Source: Psammoneis japonica
Lineage: Eukaryota
Length of the DNA: 20,000 nt
Assembly: GCA_008632985.1 (NCBI GenBank)
Contig: QPGO01000259.1
Location: 57,413 to 77,412 of the forward strand
Direction of reading: 5' to 3'
Part shown: positions 12,489 through 19,890 of the stretch, in pieces
Position numbering within the stretch: position 1 is the stretch's first letter
Layout: the number at the start of each line of letters is the position of its first letter
Notes under the pieces: model-generated
Database searches by the model: none
Told to the model about the DNA's origin: nothing
Seen by the model: only the letters and a program-made list of their open reading frames with translations
Translations under genes and position numbers: made by a program

Positions 12489-12627
12489 AAAAAGCTGTCT
12501 GCTTCGACTTGCTGTTGTTGTGTCTCAAAAGAACAAGTGAGCTTCATTGGACAGGCAGCTCCCGCGCAACTGTGCATTCAATGGAATTGGGATCTCACTT
12601 GGTGCATTGCTCAAGGCCAGTCACTGC
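12489..12627 (-). repeat. Split direct repeat A1 (5' end of the element)
   Basis: aaaagctgtctgcttcgacttgctgttgttg...tctcaaaagaacaag..agcttcattgga..ggcagctc...ctgtgcattcaatgga...aggccag matches 8230-8365 in the same orientation. Confidence 0.9.
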
Positions 12628-13221
12628 AAATGAGGCATGTGTCCAGTCACACAGGCCTGGTGGCTCCGAGTTTGTGAAAACAAAAAGAGAGGAAAAGAAG
12701 GAGGAGAGGAGAAAACGCCATGTGTTCAACTCGCACGTACGACGGCCATGCATTTTTGCAACATTGATGCTGCTGCAACAAGAACAAACCAACCATGACA
12801 CAGCAACAACCGATGTTTGATCTTGCCACCAAACCTCATCCTGCCAAAAATGTGGGTGCATGACATCCACATTTTGCTGTGACAAGTGTGTCAATAGCAA
12901 GAGACGTGAGAGAGAGAGCCAAAAAATGGACAACAAAAAAGCTCCTTCCTGCAGCTGTGCTGCTGCCCAGACTCCAGATTTTCACAACTTTCACAGCAAC
13001 AGCCAATGTTCTGTTTTCTCTGCCAAACCTTTCCTGCCAAAACTGCCAATGAGCAGCGTGCTGTGCTGTTTCTCTTTGGCAAGTGCGCCAGTGAAAAGAG
13101 AGGCACCGCAAGGGGGAAACCCAAACAGGCCAGGCAAACACAAAGGCCCTTTGCACGGCTTTGCCACAATGCTCAGGCTCTCAGCTCTCACAGCTTGTGC
13201 AGGTGTCAGGTTCTTCTGTCG

Positions 13222-13773
13222 ACGTGTTCCAGTCCCAGGTGACGCACAAAACGACAATCGGATTTTGAACATAATTTGTGCATGTTTTAGTGCATGTGGC
13301 ATTTTAACAAAAATGCTTAGGCCGGATTGACTTTCACAGGCTTGTAGAGTGTGAACATTTAAATAGTTTTTTGAGGGGTGTTCAAATCCTCATGGGAAAT
13401 GTATCACAAACTTCCTCAGTGGACTCTGTGCTGATTGTACGTCAGTAGATTTACACTGAAATTTTTTTGTAGGTAGAAAACCTGCCAAGCAGCATCGTAG
13501 AAAGATGTGTTTAGGCAACATCCAAGGTGACGGCAATATTTTCGCCGAAAATCATCCGTTGTGTTACGAATCTTTTAACGCAATGGAAAACATAGATGGC
13601 ACAATGACAATGACATTGCAACACTCACACGAGTCTTGTTAGTGTTGCAAAACATCCACATTTGTATAAATCTATGCTTTTGGTGGTGAAAGTTCGATCG
13701 TAAGTTAGGGACCGCGCAAAAATCGCGCAAATGTTTTTGTGCACGATTTGGTTCACGTGCGGCTGGAACACGT
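13222..13773. mobile_element. MITE-like TIR element, 552 bp, interior largely retains TpA
   Basis: TIR acgtgttccagtcccaggtga / tcacgtgcggctggaacacgt, flanks ctgtcg (13216-13221) and ctgtca (13774-13779). Confidence 0.82.
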
Positions 13774-13830
13774 CTGTCACACTGTGCCTGCAGCAAGCAG
13801 CAGTGCCAAGGCTGCTTGGCAGCCCAGCAG

Positions 13831-14150
13831 CCAGCTCTTTGTGAAAACATGGTTGCAAAAGGAAAGGATCCACCTGTTGCAACACAAGAGACAAGCAATC
13901 AAGAGTGCATTTTCCTGTGGTTTGGTGTCAAAGGAAATGTGCTTGTTTGTGGTGCTGTGCTGGCAAGACCAGCTGTGGGGTGCACTGCCCAGCCAGCCAC
14001 TGCCACAGCGGGGCCCCCCTCTCATGATGTTGGCATTCTTGGGCCAGATCATGCAGCTGTGTCACTGCAGTCAAATGGCATTTCTGCCAGCTCTGCATGA
14101 AAAAATGATTGCAAAAGGAAAGGAGCCATCTGCAGTGCAAGAGACAAACA
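13831..14150 (+). repeat. Diverged direct repeat (about 65-bp cores, 256 bp apart)
   Basis: ccagctctttgtgaaaacatggttgcaaaaggaaaggatccacctg...caagagacaagca (13831-13897) vs ccagctctgcatgaaaaaatgattgcaaaaggaaaggagccatctg...caagagacaaaca (14087-14150). Confidence 0.8.
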
Positions 14151-15122
14151 GCCAAGCTTCCTGTGGTGGTGGGCTGCTTGAAGCGCTGCAGCAGCTGTGC
14201 TCTGTGCTGGCCATCCAACAGAGATGAAAGGACCACGGTGTTGGCTGCAAGATGAAAGGACTTTGTTGGTTCCAACTGGCACCAAACAAGTGCAGGAAAT
14301 TTCCCTTTCATCCAAAGAAATTTGGGGCTTTGAGAGGAGCCATCATGAGCCAAAACCCCGCTCATGCTCACATCTTGATTTCCCCCTCATTGGCTTGTTG
14401 AACAAAGGAAACAAAGAGTCTTTCCTCTTTTGTTTTGTTGCACAATGTGTGCCAGATTTGCCACACCAACTTGAGCTTTTGTGGGCTTGCTTGGAGCAGA
14501 TTGCACTTGAAGAGACCATGGAAGCACATCTTTTGTCCTTGACAAAGTGCCCCCCCAATGGTGTCTGCCTCACTCATTGAGTGATGCACTCAATGAGAGG
14601 TGTTTTGGCAGCCACAGGCTCTGGACAAATCAACTTCTAGATGAAAGGATTGTGACAGTTGCAACTGCGCATTGAGCTGCCAATTAAATTTTCTTTTCTA
14701 ATTTCCTTGTCTTTCCTTGTCTGGGGAAACTCAGCACCAAATGAGGAATCCCCTGTGATCAAAAACCCCAAAGCTGATGCAGTGACAGGCATGTTGACAA
14801 TGACTCCATCTGTGGCATTGCCATCAAATTTGTGCTGGAAAACCATGCATGTTGTTTCTGCTTGTTGCTGTCAAAATGGAATTGTGTCTTGTCAAATTCT
14901 GCACAAACCCTGGCACATTTCCTGCACAGCCCACAAAGAGCCACCTGCACAGCTGGATGATTGCCTTGCTTCAGCCCAACAAGCAATGTGAAGCATGCTT
15001 TTGTGTTTTTTGGGATGTTTTTGGCAAAGGGGAATGTCCGAAATGCCTCCACTCTCCCAAGATTTGCTGCCAGCACTCCTTGAGTTGAGCGAGTTCCTTT
15101 TCCAATGACTGACAGCAGCACA

Positions 15123-16299
15123 ATGAGCATGTCACAATTGCCGTCACTTCCTCAGATTGTTCATGCAGAGGGAGCTCCAATTCATTTGTGCCCGGAAGAA
15201 ACAGAACCTCAGGCCTTGGCACAGGTGAGGCTCTTGGCAGAGCCCTCTTCACGCTGACTGATTGCGTGGCAGTCATGCCTGCATTTGTCCCAACGCCATT
15301 GGGGCAGATGTGTTGGGCACGGAATGGAGGCTGTGGATGTTCATGGGCTTTACAAGGAACACACTTTGACCACCTTTTTGCAACATCAAACAAAGCTTGA
15401 TGGAACACAAGAGGTGTTGGATGAGATTGCATCTGTGGTGGAGCCAACACATTGTCCAAAAGAACAGCTGATGATGCTGCCTCGTGTGATGGATCAGCTG
15501 GGCACACCAGGAGGGAATCACTTTTTGAAAGCAGTTTGTGAAGCAGAGAATGAGCAAGTTTGGGTCATGCCACATTCTGGAAGTCACAGTGTTGGAAATT
15601 GAGTTGCTCAACGCTGTGATGAGGTGGCAAAGAACATGTTGCAGCAACAAGGTGTTGATGCAAAACATTTGAATGGAATCAACCACATGTCAGTTCAATT
15701 GCAAAAAGGAGGAGATCATTTGAGAGACACACAGTGGTGTCAACAACATGCATTTCATGGTTGAAAGGCCATGAAAAGCATCATGCTCAACATTGTGGGG
15801 AAGGTGACAGGACGTGAAGCTGACATGTCTCAGGCAGTCAATGTCCACCACAGTTGCCGCCAATGTGAAGATTGTGGTGGCGGGTGCAAGTTGTGTGTGA
15901 CTCACAAAGGAGCAACCTTGGCATGAGATGGAGAGATGGGTGCAATTCCAGGTGGCAGCATGGGTGTTGGTTCCTGCATTGTGTGAGAAAAAGGAAACAT
16001 TGAAAGCTGGAGCTTGTCATCACATGGTGCAGGAAGAAGACTTTCTAGAACAAAGGCACACGGCGACATCTCACAAGAAGAGTTTGAAGCACCCATGTGT
16101 GGAATCACATGTGATGCTCATCCAAGTGTCAAGGATGAATCGCCTCAAGCCTGCAAGGATCTCACTGAAGTCATGCAACAATGCGAGTCTTTGACAGGCA
16201 TTGTTCATCGGGCTGCTTCCTTTCATCAATGTCAAGGGCTTCGAAAAGAAGCTTCCAAAGAAGTGTGGCAGACCGGCTGGCAAAAAGAATGAGAAATAG
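15123..16299 (+). pseudogene. rtcB: Bacterial-type RtcB RNA 2',3'-cyclic phosphate/5'-OH ligase pseudogene
   Basis: Motifs readable across frameshifts: EPQALAQVRLLAE, CVAVMP, CPNAIGADV-GHGM (PxAVGVDIGCGM), QLGTPGGNHFL (QLGTLGGGNHF), VWVMPHSGSHSVGN (MLHSGSRxVGN), VTHKGA (VTRKGA), GEMGAIPGGSMGVGSCIV, SSHGAGRRLSRTKA, KDESPQACKDL (DExPxAYKD), LLPFINVKG, ending in TAG at 16297-16299. It has in-frame TGA stops, several frameshifts and appears to lack the D-x-H-x-G-x-G segment after VMP. The start is approximate. Confidence 0.9.
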
Positions 16300-16583
16300 A
16301 AACAAAGTGGCAATGTGCAGTTACAAATCTGCTGCTTTCTCAAAGTGACAAACGAGACGTTTGAACTTGGATGATGCTCTTCAAAGCAATTGCTCTGCTC
16401 CTGCGTCCAAGCTTGTACTGAGCTGCTTGCAGCAACGAACGCGGCCAAGGACGGTATGGAGGTGTGCGGTGTGCTTTGGGAAAATGTCAGAGCGAGAAGC
16501 ATGAGTGTACCATGCATGATAAACATGTAACCCATGCTAAAAATCTCAATGGGTAGATTTCCATGAGACTAATAGATCTATAG

Positions 16584-18455
16584 CTATTTACTCAGAGCAA
16601 GCTTTCGGGTCATCTTCAATCTTTCAAGCTCGCAATTTCGACATGAGCACTTTCTTGAACCCTCGATTTCTCCCTTTTCATGATCTTTCTGCTGGCATTG
16701 CAAGAGTTTGGTCACTGCTGCTTCAATCCAAAATGGCGCAGCTGCAAGCCAGAAGCGAGCCCAAACAGCTCCACCCCAAGGGTTCCATGTCAGCACAACG
16801 TTCATTAACAGAGTCAGCGGGCCAAGTATCACAAAGAGCAGAAGGTCGATTGAGTTTTGGCAGTCTTCATTGGCCAAAGCGTGCTCGGGAACGACGAACC
16901 ACAAATTTGTCGCTGTATCAATGCAAGTCGTCCATTCGACAACGGACAAGGCAGAGAAGACCGCCAATGAAACCATGTTGGCAATGATCTGAACGTCAAT
17001 TACAGTGAGGTTGCCATCTGATGTCTGGACAAACTTGGATGACACTAGAAGCAATGATGAGAAAGCGACGTAGGCTGTGACAACCACAGAAGCCTTCGTT
17101 GCCACCTGATCAGCCCCGAAAAAGAGAGTTACCGTCGTGATCAGCGTCAGAATCATAAGAGGCAGTTGGAAGCGTATTTGATAAAAGCGTGGATTGCGAA
17201 ACCCCATAACATCAATTTGGGGATTGGTTCCGAACAAAAAGTGTTTTGATCTGTGAGTCAGCACGAACTCGAATCCATTATGCCGTATAATAGGAGGGCA
17301 ATATAAAGGGTCCTTCCACGTCAAATCTAGATCTCGCTCGTGAGAGTTTACAACGAATGCAATGTTATCCTGAATGAAATCGAAAGGAAAGTAGATGATT
17401 GCATCACTGGGTAGAGAGCGAGTAAGTTCTCCAATCATATTCTTGCGAGCCCCTGCTCCAAAGCCAGCAACGCGGACAAAGCCGTCACCGGGCTGGGTTT
17501 GGTCATCGGGCGACACCACCTTTCTTGGTAGAGGAAGGTTTTCGATTTCGACGTAGCCTTCGGGCCGGCGGACAAAGCCTATTTTCTCCCATGTTCGATC
17601 ATCCGCTGACTCCCAACAGTCACTAGGCTTGCAACGATGCTCCAGTATGAATTGGGTTCCAAGAGAGATGCCGTCAGCAGCTTCGGCAGGACTAACTGTG
17701 CTCTGTGTCTTTCTCCATCGAACCTCCAGGATTGATGATACACGTAATGAGTAGACGTCATCCCATGAAAGCGCCGTGGTTCGTGCAAGTCGTATCCCTC
17801 CCTCTTGCCAGTCGCCAACATCCAAGCCGGGTGACCATACAATATCTTCGGTGACAGGGTGCCTCGACTTGGCAGGAAAGGTGTCAGCTCTATGGTTTGG
17901 CAGTTTCATCAGTCGCTTGTCCTCCCAGTGCAGTGTGACCCCGACCAGGAGCTTGAGGCTGTGGCCCGCTATAAGGTATTCCAGATCCAGGTACTCAACT
18001 TCAATCTGAAGGTGGTGCGTGGTGGGATTGCGCGTCGAAAGTGGTCCACCGGATGAACTTCCTCTTGACGCTTTGGCAGCGGTCAAGTTCCGAAGTGCAT
18101 GCTCATACTCTGTTGCAAAGACCGTGGTCAAAGAAAGCGGCGAGCACAATGCCAGTCGACGCGACAAGGTTCTTTCCACGACGTCGTCTTGGGTTGCCAG
18201 GCACAGCACAAACTCGTCACCCCCTGCTCTCAGTACTTCGAGAATGCCCAGGTCTTCAGATTCCTTGAGCATCAACAGGAACTCTACCAGTTCTTCAAGA
18301 AAACTCGTCGCCGCAGAGTAGCCAAACATTGAGTTGTAGGATCGAAAGTAATTGACATCCAGCAGCGCAAAGCAACGCGTTGCTTCAGGAAACTTATTGG
18401 CCTTGAATTCATTCTCAATGAGCGAGCAACGAGGCAGTCTACTTAGCTTCGACAT
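16584..18455 (-). CDS. GGDEF-domain / pentameric ligand-gated ion channel (Cys-less Pro-loop receptor) fusion protein, about 623 aa
   Basis: Only long ORF with normal TA/CG content and Tyr usage. The track start at 18512 is TTG; the first ATG is at 18455 and the stop is TAG at 16584-16586. N-terminus: LSRLP...ALLDVNYFRSYNSMFGYSAATSFL...LRAGGDEFVLCL...AAKASRG (GGDEF fold; GGDEF motif at 18210-18224). Then pLGIC hallmarks: LHWEDKRL, IVWSPGL, YFPFDFIQ (Pro-loop, FPFD at 17379-17390), pre-M1 RNPRFY, four hydrophobic helices, LTVID before M3 and ID...P...N in M4. Confidence 0.88.
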   Translation of the reverse strand: MSKLSRLPRCSLIENEFKANKFPEATRCFALLDVNYFRSYNSMFGYSAATSFLEELVEFLLMLKESEDLGILEVLRAGGDEFVLCLATQDDVVERTLSRRLALCSPLSLTTVFATEYEHALRNLTAAKASRGSSSGGPLSTRNPTTHHLQIEVEYLDLEYLIAGHSLKLLVGVTLHWEDKRLMKLPNHRADTFPAKSRHPVTEDIVWSPGLDVGDWQEGGIRLARTTALSWDDVYSLRVSSILEVRWRKTQSTVSPAEAADGISLGTQFILEHRCKPSDCWESADDRTWEKIGFVRRPEGYVEIENLPLPRKVVSPDDQTQPGDGFVRVAGFGAGARKNMIGELTRSLPSDAIIYFPFDFIQDNIAFVVNSHERDLDLTWKDPLYCPPIIRHNGFEFVLTHRSKHFLFGTNPQIDVMGFRNPRFYQIRFQLPLMILTLITTVTLFFGADQVATKASVVVTAYVAFSSLLLVSSKFVQTSDGNLTVIDVQIIANMVSLAVFSALSVVEWTTCIDTATNLWFVVPEHALANEDCQNSIDLLLFVILGPLTLLMNVVLTWNPWGGAVWARFWLAAAPFWIEAAVTKLLQCQQKDHEKGEIEGSRKCSCRNCELERLKMTRKLALSK

Positions 18456-19890
18456 CTTAAACGGTGTGATACAAGATATTCGTTTCACCTGGTTTGTTTC
18501 AGCATTCCACAAGGAAAACAGAAAATTGAAAGTATTTCAATAGAGTTTGATGAGAGAGCACAGCGATAAGCACTTTCAGCTTATACTTGCTACTGTCCGT
18601 TTGGCGATAGCTGCAGACTTTTTTTTTACCGCTCGTCAAAAAAGTTCGCATAAGATCGTTTCTAGGACAAAATTTCACGCTGAATCGAATGGGCCACCTC
18701 GCACCTTCTGAAAATTGAGTCTTGAGTGTCTTTTGAACCGAACAATTTTTGGTGGGCGTTTTAAAGTAATTTTTTTCGCCAAAAATGCTTGGGCAAATGT
18801 TTGATTTCTTTGGGGGCAAAATGACGGTCTTCGCAAAAATTTTTGCTTGGGGAGATTTTTCCATCCGACGATGACAATGGACTGGCAACGCCATCTCCTC
18901 CTTAACCACAAAAGCCTTTGAGTCTTGTGCAGCAACTTCGTCGGCGCATGCAAGACACTGTGGTGCATGTGCCGACGAAGTTTCAATGTCCAACTGCAGA
19001 CAGTTAGAAACCAGATGGTGTTGCCGTTTTCAGCTCTGCAGCTGTCGCCAAACGGACAGTGCCGGGAGACCACAGGAAAACAGCACAGGCTCAGATGTTC
19101 AACTGCAGTGGGCGACATGGGCTCAAGTTCAAGAAATGGGCTGGCATGTCGTCTCAATGGAAAAATGATTGACGCCCACATCTTGGGATGATTTTGTGTG
19201 TGCCGATTTGCAGACCTTTTGGCGAGTGTTCGGCCCGTCATCTGTCCATCAGATTGTGGATTTTCGTGACCCTTCGTGCCTTTTTCACCATGACACAGCA
19301 CGGCAAAATGGCGTCATCACACCATCATGATTTTGAGCACAATGGAAGGTGGGGCATCGGTCGCCGACGATTGCACTGGTCCCTTTCGATGCTCCAAAGG
19401 CTCGAACATGTCATCGGCGACCGATGCCCCACCCTCCATTGTCATGAAAATGCCGTCTCATTTTCACCATGGCCAACCTCACCAACAGTTGACAGGGTGC
19501 ACGTGTTTCCACGTGATTCAGCACTCATCATTTGAACTTCCATTTTCTCACACCGCAAAAACATCGTCAACCGTCATCGTCGTTCGTGCAGCCATGGCAA
19601 CTGGGAAAAAGAGAGCGTGGCTGTCCTGTTAAAAAGAGAGTTGATGATGCTCTCATTCTTTTGACAGCACACATCTTGGTGAGCTCTGATGGGAAATGCC
19701 TGATGGCCAAATGCAGGAGACATTCATCGTGTGCTCCAGAGTGGCGACATTCGAGGCGGAACAACCAAAAGTGAGACATTGGGTGCAATTTAGAAGGGAT
19801 CCATTGAGTCTGTTGATGCTTGCATTGCAAAACATGCCATGAATGCATGTGACAAGGTGGGCGCCATTGATGATGAGAAAGCTCCTTTTG

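Larger units (their letters stand above)
8083..12627 (-). mobile_element. Decayed Ngaro-like (DIRS-order) tyrosine-recombinase retrotransposon with split direct repeats
   Basis: Minus-strand order: repeat A1, gag-like remnant, RT, RNase H, tyrosine recombinase, repeat B1, repeat A2, repeat B2. This is the split-direct-repeat layout of Ngaro/PAT-type elements. It appears internally deleted and carries a nested TIR element. Confidence 0.88.
61..16295. other. Hypermutated domain: TpA and CpG converted to TpG/CpA
   Basis: By eye I found no TA between about 61 and 2944, and only about 35 in the whole block outside the 13222-13773 insert, against several hundred expected. Translations almost lack Tyr and are Cys/His-rich. 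Confidence 0.92.

Noticed and set aside
116..16292. The very dense set of 60-260 aa ORFs in all six frames
   Set aside because: Loss of TpA removes TAA and TAG stops. The translations lack Tyr, are Cys/His/Gln-rich and overlap in every frame, so they are not functional CDS.
61..16295. Classical fungal RIP as the explanation
   Set aside because: RIP converts CpA to TpA and enriches TA and AT content. Here TA is depleted and CA/TG enriched.
61..16295. Alternative genetic code or codon bias explaining the lack of Tyr
   Set aside because: The depletion is frame- and strand-independent, affects non-coding repeats, and the adjacent intact gene uses TAT, TAC and TAG normally.
16584..18512. Bacterial contig, suggested by GGDEF and RtcB
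   Set aside because: No operon structure, very low gene density, and a eukaryotic YR retrotransposon and CpG decay in the same window. A chimeric assembly cannot be fully excluded without reads.
18456..18512. Track start of the 642-aa ORF
   Set aside because: It is a TTG. In a eukaryotic context the ATG at 18455, or an upstream exon, is more plausible.
18600..18860. A/T-run-rich segment as a transposon end or promoter
   Set aside because: No partner repeat or diagnostic motif found, so it cannot be assigned.
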